Part shown: positions 34,673-44,481 of the stretch, piece by piece | Numbering within the stretch: the first letter of the stretch is position 1 | Layout of the letters: each line of letters opens with the position of its first letter | Program-made: the position numbers and the translations under genes | Virus record (IMG/VR): IMGVR_UViG_3300010354_000046 | Coordinates: 32,001 to 96,000 of that record | DNA: 64,000 nt | Strand: one strand, 5' to 3' | DNA from: a virus | The notes under the pieces: generated by a model | Told to the model about the DNA's origin: nothing | Database searches by the model: none | The model's input: the letters and a program-made list of their open reading frames with translations, nothing else

Positions 34673-36004
34673 TTATCTATGATTTACTATGCTCAAAATT
34701 CTTTGTAATTCTGAGTAACCGGTTGATTCGGGCATTACTCCATATTGACCGGTAATATTACCCATAGCATCAACGCTGGAGTCCATAGTGTTGGCAGCGC
34801 CACCGGCTGGTGCAGCTCTACCCGGCAATGTCTTTTGTTGGGCAGCTTGGCCAGCTGGTTTTTTGGTGTCAGCCATCTTTACTGCATATTTTTTGCCCTT
34901 CCACATGAACTCCTTTTCACCTTTAGCTCTAGCATCTGCAAATGCTTTACCAAATGGCATAGCATCTCGGTTAGCTGGTGCAGCTGGTGCAGCTGGTGCA
35001 GCCGGTGCAGCTGGTTGGGCAGCTTGGCCACTTGGTGCGGCTGCGCCAGGGTTATATAAATCTCCTGTTTCGGAATTTTTCTTAACATTTGGATTTATTT
35101 TGCCTGTGTCATCGCTAACATCTAGTCCTGTTGCTTGACCTTGTGCATTTACTGCATTGCCGCTTAGTCCCTGAGCAGCTAGTCCTTTGTCAGCTTCTTT
35201 CTTTTTAGCAGCAGTCCAATCAGCAGTTGCTTGTGCTTGAGTAGCAGGTTCAACAAAATTAGGATCTCCTGCGCTTACTACATTGCCATTTTCATCTTTA
35301 GTAAATCCTGGCATTAAGTTGCCTTCATCGTCAACAGATCCCGGTGGTGTTCCAGCCGGTGTTGCAGGCGCTGCTGCTGGCGCTGGTTCTGTCGCTGGCT
35401 GCGCGGCCTGTCCAGCTGGTAGTCGAGTTTTATTTGCAAAAGCATTTGGAGTACCGGCAGTATTTGCACCTGCTTCAGCATCCATTCTATCGGCAATTCG
35501 ACTAGCTTGTGCTGCGGCATCTGGTGTAGCTGCCGGTGCTGCTGCCGTTGGTGCTTGTGCTGGTGCCGCCGCTGGTGCTTGGGCTTGTGCTGGTGCTTGT
35601 GCAGGTGCCGCTGGCGCTGCCGCTACGGTTGCCTTAAACCCTAAACGTTTAGCAATTTGTTGGCTTTCGGGATCAGTAAAGTAACTTATAGGTACAGAAT
35701 CTTTTCCTAACATTTTCTTTACAAGATACGGGTCTTGCGGATCAACTCCGCCTAACTTTTGCTTTTGATCTGGTGTAAGCCCGGCCGATGAACCTGCAGG
35801 AGTTCCGCTAGTTACTGCGGCTCCGCTGCCACTTTTTACTGTGCCACCTGAACCTGTTTTTACTGCATTTGTAGGAGCGTTCATGGTAACACCATTAACA
35901 GTTTGTGTTTGTACTGGTTGACTTGGATCAGCAGGTAGCGTAACTTTTTCTGCTATTAAATCTTTTTCAGTAACTAAGTTAATATAATCTCTTATAGATT
36001 TCAT
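34673..36004 (-). CDS. Ala/Pro/Gln-rich low-complexity protein, probable internal head protein
   Basis: 443 aa; MKSIRDYINLVTE start; PAA repeats. Confidence 0.6.
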   Translation of the reverse strand: MKSIRDYINLVTEKDLIAEKVTLPADPSQPVQTQTVNGVTMNAPTNAVKTGSGGTVKSGSGAAVTSGTPAGSSAGLTPDQKQKLGGVDPQDPYLVKKMLGKDSVPISYFTDPESQQIAKRLGFKATVAAAPAAPAQAPAQAQAPAAAPAQAPTAAAPAATPDAAAQASRIADRMDAEAGANTAGTPNAFANKTRLPAGQAAQPATEPAPAAAPATPAGTPPGSVDDEGNLMPGFTKDENGNVVSAGDPNFVEPATQAQATADWTAAKKKEADKGLAAQGLSGNAVNAQGQATGLDVSDDTGKINPNVKKNSETGDLYNPGAAAPSGQAAQPAAPAAPAAPAAPANRDAMPFGKAFADARAKGEKEFMWKGKKYAVKMADTKKPAGQAAQQKTLPGRAAPAGGAANTMDSSVDAMGNITGQYGVMPESTGYSELQRILSIVNHR

Positions 36005-36006
36005 GT

Positions 36007-38523
36007 TTATTTCCCGAAGTTAATTTTTTGCATAATCGCCTTCATCATATCTGCTGGATTCATTTGTCCTCCAGGAAATTGGATGTTTTGATTAGGTACT
36101 TGTCCTTGAGCTTTATTCAAAGCGCCGCCGACTTTTCTTTGTAGAACTTGTTGAATTTGATCAGGATTGCCAAAGTCTAACACATCGTCGTCTGTATCAT
36201 CATCACCAAATTTAGGTAATTTAAATTTCATGTTATTGGCTTGTCCAACTGCATCGTCGTAGCTAGCTGGTTTGCCGTTAACCATTCCAGAACTTGTGTT
36301 TGTTTGTGCAATCTTTGCACCTGGGTCCTTTTGTATGTTACCCATCATCTGTTGCATTTGACCCATCATACTATCAAAGTCAGGCATGCTACCAGTTTCG
36401 TCAACTGCCATCTCTGGTTTTTGGACTCCTGCTAGTCTCAGTACATTTTGCTGTTCGTCTCCGCTAGGATCTTTCATATCAATAAATTTCAATACCTTGA
36501 TTAAATCTTCTTCTGTAGCACCTTCGAACATGCCGTCTTCGAATGCTTTTTTCAATTTAATTTTGATACGCATACCGCCTAATGGAAAATTTCCCTTTTC
36601 TTTGTTGTAGAATCCGCTAACATACTTTAGCATTGCTAGTAAACCTGATTCTTCTGCTTGTTCTTCAAAACCACACTCCATTGGAGTCATGCCACATTCT
36701 TTGATAGCATCGTGTAACGTCATTTCTTTATGACCAAAATCCAGTTTTGTATCTAGCTTTGCTCCAGCTGATTTTGCTTTTTGAATAGCTTTCATTAGAC
36801 CTTGCTTGGCTAAATGTTTAGCACTAGAATGTCCTTGCCCATGTTTACCTGCAAGAGCATTAGGATTTTTCCTTGGAGGATCAGCATCAAATGGAGGATC
36901 TTCATTCTCTGCCACAGGTGCCGGTGTTGCAGGTGCTGCTGGTGCTGCCGCGGCTGCTGGTTCTGCTGGTGCCGCTGGTGCCGCTGGCGCTGCAGGTTCT
37001 GCTGGAGGAGCTTCTGGAGCTGCCGCCATAGGTTCAGCAGGGGCTTCTGGTGCAGGCATAGCACTACCTTCAAAGTCTAACTGTGTCGCAACTTCTGGAT
37101 CTTGTTCTTGCACAAAATCTTGTATCATAGATCTTACATCTAGGTCTGGATCTAAGTCAGCTAGTTGCTCTAAAAATTTAGGATCGTCGATGAAACCTCT
37201 AATTGTATCTACTGCTGTACCAGCAGGAAGCTCTTGACTTAAAACTTGATCATTAAAATCTTGGATTGCATTTTGTTGGACTTTTTCATCTTTACTGAAT
37301 AGTAAATTTTGGCCTTGAGCATTGGCCATATCTTCCCCAACAAGGCTATCCATGAAGTTTTCAAATGTATCTTCAATGTCTTCTTTCTTGTGGCTCTTAT
37401 AGCCTTTATTTTTCATCCAATTAGTTAAAGCATATGGATTATCAATATCTTTATGCTTCTTCATAGCCTTAACTGTGCCTTCCCAGCCTTTTGGAGCTTC
37501 TTCGGCAACGTCTACGTCAGTTTCAAACCACTCATGTGTAATTTCTTTAACCGGTAGTTCGGACTCATCAATAAACTTATAAATGTAAGGAAATACTGAT
37601 TTTAATTCTTCGTTGAATGTTCTTAGAGTCAATCTGTCAACTAAATGATTAACTACTGCTTCGGGGATTTCTTGTTCTTCTTGTTCTTGAAAACTTTCAA
37701 CATATTGTTCATAGAAAGCAGGGCGCTGTAGCTTGTGAATTGTTTCTTTAATTTGATCAATTCTTTCTAAGACGCGGTCAGTGACTACTCCCATTGCTTC
37801 ACTAATTTGTTCCTGGCGTGTTACATACCCTTTAAATTTTCTTAAATGCGCCAATTCCTCACTTAAACTACAGATATGCTTTCCTAGTCCATCGTACGGG
37901 TTGCCACCATGTTTGATATGTTCAGCTAATGCACGAGCGCCGTTGATATGTTTAGATGGATATTTGAATCTTTCACCAACTGCATTTTCAATATAAATGC
38001 ATTCAATATGCATTGTACGTCCAGCTGGAAGATCTAAATTAATTGGTTGACTATGTTTAATAATCAAACGTGCTTCGCCTAGGTCCTGATAGCTCATTCT
38101 ATTGGTACCGTACATCTTGTTTTCCATAATTAAATCTTCCTTGGGTTTAGCTTGAAATTGATAATCTCTCTTGTCTAATTCGCTTTTTCCAATATTCTGT
38201 ACGTCAAAATTTAACAAGCGAACTTTTGCAAATTTTCTAAATGATTTGATAAAATCGTAGGCATGGCCTTTTAAATTATTATCATCGTCGACTAAATCTC
38301 CGCTGATCTGCATAACAATGCCATCTTCTTCGTCTAGTGTGATAGCAACAGTTCCTAACGGTTCTCCGTCTTCTACATATTCGAATTCAAAAAATCTTGC
38401 ATTAGGAATGTCAGCTTTTTTGCTCAAAATGTTGCCTTCTTCGTCGCCGAAGGTAATGTCAGGAAAACGAACTTGTATTTTCCCGTATAAGTCTTTTGCA
38501 ATTTTATCTAAATTAGAGTCCAT
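36007..38523 (-). CDS. large acidic virion or prohead-associated protein
   Basis: Glu-rich ORF from MDSNLD; TAAATA 4 nt upstream; adjacent to terminase. Confidence 0.55.
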   Translation of the reverse strand: MDSNLDKIAKDLYGKIQVRFPDITFGDEEGNILSKKADIPNARFFEFEYVEDGEPLGTVAITLDEEDGIVMQISGDLVDDDNNLKGHAYDFIKSFRKFAKVRLLNFDVQNIGKSELDKRDYQFQAKPKEDLIMENKMYGTNRMSYQDLGEARLIIKHSQPINLDLPAGRTMHIECIYIENAVGERFKYPSKHINGARALAEHIKHGGNPYDGLGKHICSLSEELAHLRKFKGYVTRQEQISEAMGVVTDRVLERIDQIKETIHKLQRPAFYEQYVESFQEQEEQEIPEAVVNHLVDRLTLRTFNEELKSVFPYIYKFIDESELPVKEITHEWFETDVDVAEEAPKGWEGTVKAMKKHKDIDNPYALTNWMKNKGYKSHKKEDIEDTFENFMDSLVGEDMANAQGQNLLFSKDEKVQQNAIQDFNDQVLSQELPAGTAVDTIRGFIDDPKFLEQLADLDPDLDVRSMIQDFVQEQDPEVATQLDFEGSAMPAPEAPAEPMAAAPEAPPAEPAAPAAPAAPAEPAAAAAPAAPATPAPVAENEDPPFDADPPRKNPNALAGKHGQGHSSAKHLAKQGLMKAIQKAKSAGAKLDTKLDFGHKEMTLHDAIKECGMTPMECGFEEQAEESGLLAMLKYVSGFYNKEKGNFPLGGMRIKIKLKKAFEDGMFEGATEEDLIKVLKFIDMKDPSGDEQQNVLRLAGVQKPEMAVDETGSMPDFDSMMGQMQQMMGNIQKDPGAKIAQTNTSSGMVNGKPASYDDAVGQANNMKFKLPKFGDDDTDDDVLDFGNPDQIQQVLQRKVGGALNKAQGQVPNQNIQFPGGQMNPADMMKAIMQKINFGK

Positions 38524-38533
38524 GTTATATTTA

Positions 38534-40126
38534 TCAGAAGCCAGATGAAATGAATATAGGCAACGGAGCTTCGAAATCTTCGTCCGAATGCTCAAGATTT
38601 AGCCTTTCAAAGATAGCAGGTTCCCATTCTGCTAAAACTACAGTCATACGAACTATCAGCAACAATGCCGCTACTAAGTCATCATTTTGGCCTTCTTTTG
38701 CCTTAAATGTGACTCCGTGAGCAATATAAGTTTTAAGTTCGCTTATCAAAATTTTGCTGTTAATAGTCATTTTTTCTTCTTCAATGAAGTACTTTAATCG
38801 ACTACAAGCACTAATTTTATTTCCATGAGTAGTATTAAAACCTTTACGAAATTTACGAACATGCCCTTTTCTTTGTGGTTCGCTTAGGAATAGCCCTGGA
38901 AAAGTTTCTTCTCCTAAATTAGCAATAACTACTAGGGCGCTTTCTCCCAACGTGTTATTTTCCACACTCCAGTATATAGAGTTAGAATATGAAGTACCTA
39001 TTTCGTCTTGTATATATCTAAGCACATCTCGTAATAATTTTACTTGATCTTGGACGATAGTTAAGTTATGTTGCCATTCAGCACATTGCATCATACTAGG
39101 TAATTCAAATACTTGTATGCCGGCATAGTCGCCGCCGGTACCTAAACTAGGATCTAAAGCTATGATATATGTATTACCAGGTGTAGGTTTCTTGTACCAG
39201 CGAACCTGTCCCATCTTAAACTGAGGTTCGCGACCTGTTAATGCTGCTAGTTTGAGACTATTAATTAATGTTTCATCGTAGATTAAGAATTCGCAACCAT
39301 ATTCTCGACGGAAGCGTTCTTCACCAATGCGGCCCATTTCTTCTTCCCGCCACTGATTATCTCTATCTGGATGTTCGTGCCATTCGGCTCTGAATCCGTG
39401 AAATCCGTTACGACCCGTTCCGTCGTCTTTTTCGTTACCGTAACTGTCGTATAAGTCTTGTGATTCTTTCCAAATATTAGCAAATGTATCTTCATCACTA
39501 TTTGGAGTAGATGTAATAATCGCCTTACCACCTGTCGCTAGTGTAGGAGAAATGGAGGTCCAAAATTCTTCGGCAATGTTAGGCTGCACAAACGCAAACT
39601 CATCGCAGTATAGTAACGAAATAGACATACCACGACCTGTTGTGCCTGTTGTTGTTTGACTTACTATACGTGATCCGTTGTCAAATTCAATGCTACCTTT
39701 ATTATAACTTATAACACCAGATCTAATAAAATCGGGGCATAATTCGTATCCATAACGTATACGTTGCATAATTTCCTGAGCACCTGTATATTTGTGCGCG
39801 GCCACTAACACCGTTTGATCTGGATGAAACATTGCATACCATAACAAATAACCCGCAGCACATGTAGTCTTCCCCGATTGGCGCGGCATCATGTTTATAT
39901 TAAAACGATAATCATGATAACTATGCAATAACCTTACTTGATAGTCGTAAGGTTCAAATTTAACTTTACCTTTAGTAGGATGTTGTATATGAAAAAAGTT
40001 TTTAACAAAGTGCATGTACCCTTCTATGGGGTCAGCACACTTTAACAAGTGCTCGACTTGTTGTTCACTGAATGTTTCTTTAGTATGCGCCTTTTTAGTT
40101 AGGACGCCGTCTAGACTTTTTGCCAT
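38534..40126 (-). CDS. terL: terminase large subunit (gp17-like)
   Basis: PRQSGKTT, YCDEFAF, ITSTPN, ALDPSLG, DDLV motifs. Confidence 0.95.
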   Translation of the reverse strand: MAKSLDGVLTKKAHTKETFSEQQVEHLLKCADPIEGYMHFVKNFFHIQHPTKGKVKFEPYDYQVRLLHSYHDYRFNINMMPRQSGKTTCAAGYLLWYAMFHPDQTVLVAAHKYTGAQEIMQRIRYGYELCPDFIRSGVISYNKGSIEFDNGSRIVSQTTTGTTGRGMSISLLYCDEFAFVQPNIAEEFWTSISPTLATGGKAIITSTPNSDEDTFANIWKESQDLYDSYGNEKDDGTGRNGFHGFRAEWHEHPDRDNQWREEEMGRIGEERFRREYGCEFLIYDETLINSLKLAALTGREPQFKMGQVRWYKKPTPGNTYIIALDPSLGTGGDYAGIQVFELPSMMQCAEWQHNLTIVQDQVKLLRDVLRYIQDEIGTSYSNSIYWSVENNTLGESALVVIANLGEETFPGLFLSEPQRKGHVRKFRKGFNTTHGNKISACSRLKYFIEEEKMTINSKILISELKTYIAHGVTFKAKEGQNDDLVAALLLIVRMTVVLAEWEPAIFERLNLEHSDEDFEAPLPIFISSGF

Positions 40127-40140
40127 AACATTATTTACAT

Positions 40141-40168
40141 AAAAAAAGCCACCATTTAGGTGGCTTTT
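40141..40168 (-). terminator. intrinsic terminator
   Basis: GC-rich hairpin ending GGTGGCTTTT, flanked by A and T runs. Confidence 0.75.
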
Positions 40169-40201
40169 GGTGGGCACTTAATCTACCCGAGCTGCACTGA
40201 T

Positions 40202-40888
40202 TCAGTCGTCCAAGTCGCCGCGATCTTTTGCAGACTTTAACATGTCAATGCGATCTTTGTAACCTTTGATACCTGGTTTAATATCCTTGGCGGCTTTCTT
40301 TTCGCCTGCTGTAGGGTTCTTAATGTGCTTCATCGTTGTCTTTTCTTGATGACTAGCTTCTTTGATTGCTTCATATTGCCCTGCTAGCTTGTCAACTAGT
40401 GATTCCATATGTGCTTTTGGTAAACCTGTCTGACGTGTTCTGTGATCGCCGAGGTTAGCTGATAGATCATTGCTCGGTGGATTTAAGACATCGTCCATTT
40501 CATATGTGTCTGGCTCGACAGGATTAGCAAAAGATTCTGCTGCATCAATGTCTAACATGTCTGCATCGTCGGCCATGCCAATAATAACATCTTTAGCATC
40601 ATCACCTGTGCTGCCAGCAGCGTCTTCAATATTTCTTAAAATATCCATCAAGTCACGAATACCGCCTTTGCCTGACCCATTCATGCTGACATTCATTGTC
40701 ACGCTATCACTTTGCTTTGGTGCATGAGGCATCATATCCATGCCACATTCTTCCATTTCTGCATCTCCGATAAGAAGCTTGTCACCCATAGGCATATCAC
40801 CGCATTCCGATGCAGGCATAGATGGTGGTGCCATCTGGGCACCTTCGTCTAAGTCCCTTAGTTTAGTAATTAATTGTTCTAAATTCAT
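40202..40888 (-). CDS. acidic hypothetical protein, probable head internal/core protein
   Basis: 228 aa; late cluster. Confidence 0.55.
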   Translation of the reverse strand: MNLEQLITKLRDLDEGAQMAPPSMPASECGDMPMGDKLLIGDAEMEECGMDMMPHAPKQSDSVTMNVSMNGSGKGGIRDLMDILRNIEDAAGSTGDDAKDVIIGMADDADMLDIDAAESFANPVEPDTYEMDDVLNPPSNDLSANLGDHRTRQTGLPKAHMESLVDKLAGQYEAIKEASHQEKTTMKHIKNPTAGEKKAAKDIKPGIKGYKDRIDMLKSAKDRGDLDD

Positions 40889-41454
40889 TTTTTAGTTCCT
40901 TTTCTAGGGTCAGGATTTTTAACTTTACCTAAAGGACTTGCTGAAGATTCTTTCTTAGGTTCTTTAACTTTATACTCTTCTAGTTCTGCTTTATTTTTAG
41001 TAAGGTCTTTTAGTAGTTTCATTTTTTGTGTTTCACCGACTAACTTTTGACCTTCAGAGCTAGCATCATAATCCTGTGTTAATACAGCTTCTCCAGATTT
41101 TTCCTTATTAGCTGTATTAATTTCAATTTCTCTTTCTTCAAGAGGGTTTCTAACTTTGATCCTACTTTCTGCAACGTTTAAGTTTCCACTTAAACTTGCA
41201 CGTACTTGTTGGCTTGTAGCAGGATACGCTAATTTAACATCAAAGATTGTAACTGGAATATTTTTTTGTTCTGGAAAGTCGGTGTATTGTTCTGCAATTG
41301 GCAAGCTCTTTCCGCCAGAACAACTTTCTACTTTATAAGTTGCAAGAGCTTGTTTAATTTTTGCAGAGCAATCTTTTGGGCAGTCGCCCGCGATTTTAAT
41401 TTTAAACTCGTAAACTTTTTTACCTTCGGTCAAATATTCTTTGAATGATTTCAT
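40885..41454 (-). CDS. hypothetical protein with capsid-targeting-like N-terminus
   Basis: MKSFKEYLTE start; TAAATA upstream. Confidence 0.6.
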   Translation of the reverse strand: MKSFKEYLTEGKKVYEFKIKIAGDCPKDCSAKIKQALATYKVESCSGGKSLPIAEQYTDFPEQKNIPVTIFDVKLAYPATSQQVRASLSGNLNVAESRIKVRNPLEEREIEINTANKEKSGEAVLTQDYDASSEGQKLVGETQKMKLLKDLTKNKAELEEYKVKEPKKESSASPLGKVKNPDPRKGTKK

Positions 41455-41475
41455 AGCGTAATCCTAATACTATAT

Positions 41476-41952
41476 TTATTTCATACTCTTTAATTTTTCA
41501 AGTAAGCTATTGCGATCTGTTACAATATATCCGTCACCACTTAGAGTAACACCATTATCTTCGTTAGCTTCTTGATCGAGTTTTTGCTTTTTAAGCTGAA
41601 GTTCTACCATTTTTAATTTTTTATCTAGTTTTGCTGATTTAGCATCAATGGCATTTTTAAGCATACTGGCTGCAACTTCAAACAAACGCCCGCTATAACG
41701 TGCTTCAACATTCATGCCCAAATCCATGATATCGTCGTAGGCATCAGTTGCTTTTCTAGCTAATTCGTCTAGTTCATTATCCGCCATTGAGCCCAGGCCT
41801 TCTACTTGTGGTAATGCGGCTGCAATTTTATCAAATTCAGCAGCATCTCTTAGAAATGATTCCGGCTTTGCTACTGCGGTTTTCTTTTCTTCTTCCTTAA
41901 TAATTTTTTTACTTTCAGGAAGGTTTAAGATTTCTTCAAGTTTCTTAGTCAT
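41476..41952 (-). CDS. putative terminase small subunit (gp16-like)
   Basis: Helical, RLFEVAASMLKNAIDAK, DRNSLL; near terL. Confidence 0.55.
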   Translation of the reverse strand: MTKKLEEILNLPESKKIIKEEEKKTAVAKPESFLRDAAEFDKIAAALPQVEGLGSMADNELDELARKATDAYDDIMDLGMNVEARYSGRLFEVAASMLKNAIDAKSAKLDKKLKMVELQLKKQKLDQEANEDNGVTLSGDGYIVTDRNSLLEKLKSMK

Positions 41953-41966
41953 ACAATTACTTATGC

Positions 41967-42398
41967 TTACACTTTATCGAATATATCATTTTCATTTAAG
42001 ATTCTGAATCGGATACCCTGTTGCTTGCACCAATTATTTGCCGCTTGCCATTTAGCTTGATTTTTTACAAATTGTGCCTGATTATATTTGTTTTTTCCAA
42101 CACGTTCGAGTATTGTTTGACTGGCGGGTTTAATTTCAATAAGCTCAACGATTAGTCTACCGCGTTTATCTAAATACTGTATAAAAAAATCTGGAACATA
42201 TATGGTTTGTCTTCCTGTTAACGGATCTCTGTAAGGAATTTGTATGGCTTCGCTAGCCCACTTTTGTACATTTTCATTGGTATCGCAAAACCGCATGAAT
42301 GTCCATTCCCAACTACTTCTGTATACAGGAATTTTGTTTCCAACGTATTTTTCTGGGCGAGTCATGGTAAACTTACCCTTAGCAAATTTACCGGCCAT
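41967..42398 (-). CDS. head completion nuclease (gp4-like, TnsA fold)
   Basis: YRSSWE, WASE, YVPDF, EIKP, NQAKWQAA. Confidence 0.88.
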   Translation of the reverse strand: MAGKFAKGKFTMTRPEKYVGNKIPVYRSSWEWTFMRFCDTNENVQKWASEAIQIPYRDPLTGRQTIYVPDFFIQYLDKRGRLIVELIEIKPASQTILERVGKNKYNQAQFVKNQAKWQAANNWCKQQGIRFRILNENDIFDKV

Positions 42399-42400
42399 AA

Positions 42401-42763
42401 TTAGACTAGGATATTTCTAGAATCGTAGTTATCAGTAACGGGCGCTACTCGATAACCCAACAAGCTAGTTTTTTCCCTATACGAATTTAAAATTTGTGCT
42501 ACTACTTGGCTTAATTGTATTGCATTTAATTTTTTTAAACTATCAACTAACTCAAATACATTAATATTATCTAGTCTTGCTTGATTTAATAAAACTATGC
42601 TTGTGCTTCTTGCACTATCCAAATCAAATCCATTTTTTAAAAAGAACCCTACTACTGCATCAATTTGATTGCTAGGAAAGGTAATCTCATGATCAAAAAA
42701 TTTGTCAAAGAACTGTTTAACGTCGTCTGGTTGTTCTGATGGTAAGTTGTTTACTGTAGACAT
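42401..42763 (-). CDS. hypothetical virion protein
   Basis: 120 aa ORF in late operon. Confidence 0.65.
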   Translation of the reverse strand: MSTVNNLPSEQPDDVKQFFDKFFDHEITFPSNQIDAVVGFFLKNGFDLDSARSTSIVLLNQARLDNINVFELVDSLKKLNAIQLSQVVAQILNSYREKTSLLGYRVAPVTDNYDSRNILV

Positions 42764-42767
42764 GATT

Positions 42768-43754
42768 TTAAGCTAAATTAACTGGTTTGGCAACTGTAAC
42801 ATTTGTAGTTGAAGATTGCGGAAAAGATACTCCTGCTATACCGCTAACACCTTGTTGAGATGTGTTTACCGTAGAAATGCCAGGTGAGCCAGCGACATTT
42901 TTTCCCTGGGTGTTTTGATAAGTGTTAATGCTCTGATAAGCATTTGCATAAAATGCTTCGGCATTATTTTTTAAATTGTTGCTGTCGTTAAAGCTGGGCG
43001 AGACTGTTGTTGGGGCCACACCTGTTAGTGGGCTAGGAGTTTGGTCATAATGTTCCACTCCAAACCCTACTACACTTTGGGTATCAACGGTGCCAACATT
43101 ATACTCAACAGCTTCGTATGCCAATGTCATTGTTTGGTCATGCGGTGTTGCGCTTTGAGCGTAATCAACTTTATTATGTGACCAACTAGTTATGATAGGA
43201 TTAATAAGTTTGTAACTGACAAACTCGTGTCTTGCCATTTGATAAATTATGATATAGTTAAAAAATGGTCTATCACTTCCGTTATCAAGTCCGTAAGGTG
43301 CTACAATACTATTAAAATTCTTTGTAGCTGTTTTGGCAAATGCACCACCTTTTCCTGCACTCTTACTATCAGCATAATAGTAACTGTAATAGTTTTGCCA
43401 TAACTGATTTATAACACCCATGTTATCGTCGTGGAATACAACATTAATATCTTTATATTTGTGAGTTATTTGTATTCTCTTTTTTCTATTATACTGGTTA
43501 ACTGTTTCAGCAGTAATATCGTACCCTGGAAGATCTATGTTTTTAACCAACATGCCAATTTCGTTTTTATGGCGTTGCACTAAGTTTATATCTTTGCATG
43601 CTGATTCATTGATGTTGAATGCTACGTGAAATAGAAATTTTTGTTTAGGAGCAAGTCTAAACTGATCGTCCGTAAATAGTCGGGCAGCATGTTGAGGATC
43701 CCGTAATAAAATTACCGGATCTGGTTTAAGTGCATTAGTAGGTGTAAAGGCCAT
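42768..43754 (-). CDS. tail-tube-like baseplate protein (gp54/gp48-like)
   Basis: VKNIDLPG, NQYNRK, FHDDN, MTLAYE; next to the tube gene. Confidence 0.6.
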   Translation of the reverse strand: MAFTPTNALKPDPVILLRDPQHAARLFTDDQFRLAPKQKFLFHVAFNINESACKDINLVQRHKNEIGMLVKNIDLPGYDITAETVNQYNRKKRIQITHKYKDINVVFHDDNMGVINQLWQNYYSYYYADSKSAGKGGAFAKTATKNFNSIVAPYGLDNGSDRPFFNYIIIYQMARHEFVSYKLINPIITSWSHNKVDYAQSATPHDQTMTLAYEAVEYNVGTVDTQSVVGFGVEHYDQTPSPLTGVAPTTVSPSFNDSNNLKNNAEAFYANAYQSINTYQNTQGKNVAGSPGISTVNTSQQGVSGIAGVSFPQSSTTNVTVAKPVNLA

Positions 43755-43801
43755 AATAATATTTATTCAAAGAATAAACTGGGTATATTATAGATATCTA
43801 T

Positions 43802-43830
43802 AAAAAAGCCCGCTTAGAGCGGGCAATTTT
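43802..43830 (-). terminator. intrinsic terminator after the tail tube gene
   Basis: GCCCGCT/AGCGGGC stem with A6 (U6 on the minus strand). Confidence 0.8.
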
Positions 43831-43837
43831 AAAAATA

Positions 43838-44464
43838 TTAAGCTCTTGCACCTGCCGATGTAGCAGCAGTACCTTGTAATCTTCCAGTTGGTGCTGCGGC
43901 ACCGCCTAAAGTTTGAATACAGTTATCAGGTTGAATTGTTAAGTCAATTGTCATGATATCTTGTGCGCCATAGCTCAATGCATTATAGTTAGCTTGTTGT
44001 ACATAACATCCGTAGCATTCCCATGTTTCTAGGACTGCTGGAGTATGTGTACCGTTACCGCCGTCAAGCATTTCAATACGCATTAAGAACTTGTAGTCGC
44101 CGCCTGCGGCTGCTGAACTTTGTTCAAAATAGTCGAATTGTTTTTGCATTTGTTCGCCGACTAGCTTGCTTACTGCACCAGTTACATCGTCACGCAATTT
44201 AACTGTGAAAGTATTCCACTTTGGACGACCTGCATAGTTAATTGTTGAATTGTACACCATGATGGTTTGGTTATCTTGTTGTACATTTGGACGGGCAGCT
44301 TCGCTGACCTGTTTTGTTAGTTCTGTTGTAGGGCTACTTACACCAAAGTTCTCAAACATAATTCTAAAACGATATTTGAGCTTAGGCATTAACAAGCCTT
44401 GCGTACTAGAGCTTTGGTCCGATGCTAGTGGAACTGTGAATTTTGATAAACTTGCGATTGCCAT
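43838..44464 (-). CDS. tail tube protein (gp19-like)
   Basis: KYRFRI, YAGRPKW, ETWECYGC; directly after sheath. Confidence 0.85.
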   Translation of the reverse strand: MAIASLSKFTVPLASDQSSSTQGLLMPKLKYRFRIMFENFGVSSPTTELTKQVSEAARPNVQQDNQTIMVYNSTINYAGRPKWNTFTVKLRDDVTGAVSKLVGEQMQKQFDYFEQSSAAAGGDYKFLMRIEMLDGGNGTHTPAVLETWECYGCYVQQANYNALSYGAQDIMTIDLTIQPDNCIQTLGGAAAPTGRLQGTAATSAGARA

Positions 44465-44481
44465 TTGTTATGCTCCGTTAA

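Noticed and set aside
34973-37020. GCTGGTGCA-type 9-bp tandem repeats
   Set aside because: Explained as codons for Pro-Ala-Ala linkers in the minus-strand proteins.
18888-40126. Inteins or introns in helicase, UvsX, UvsW or terminase
   Set aside because: Protein lengths are normal, motifs are contiguous, and no splice-junction motifs were seen.
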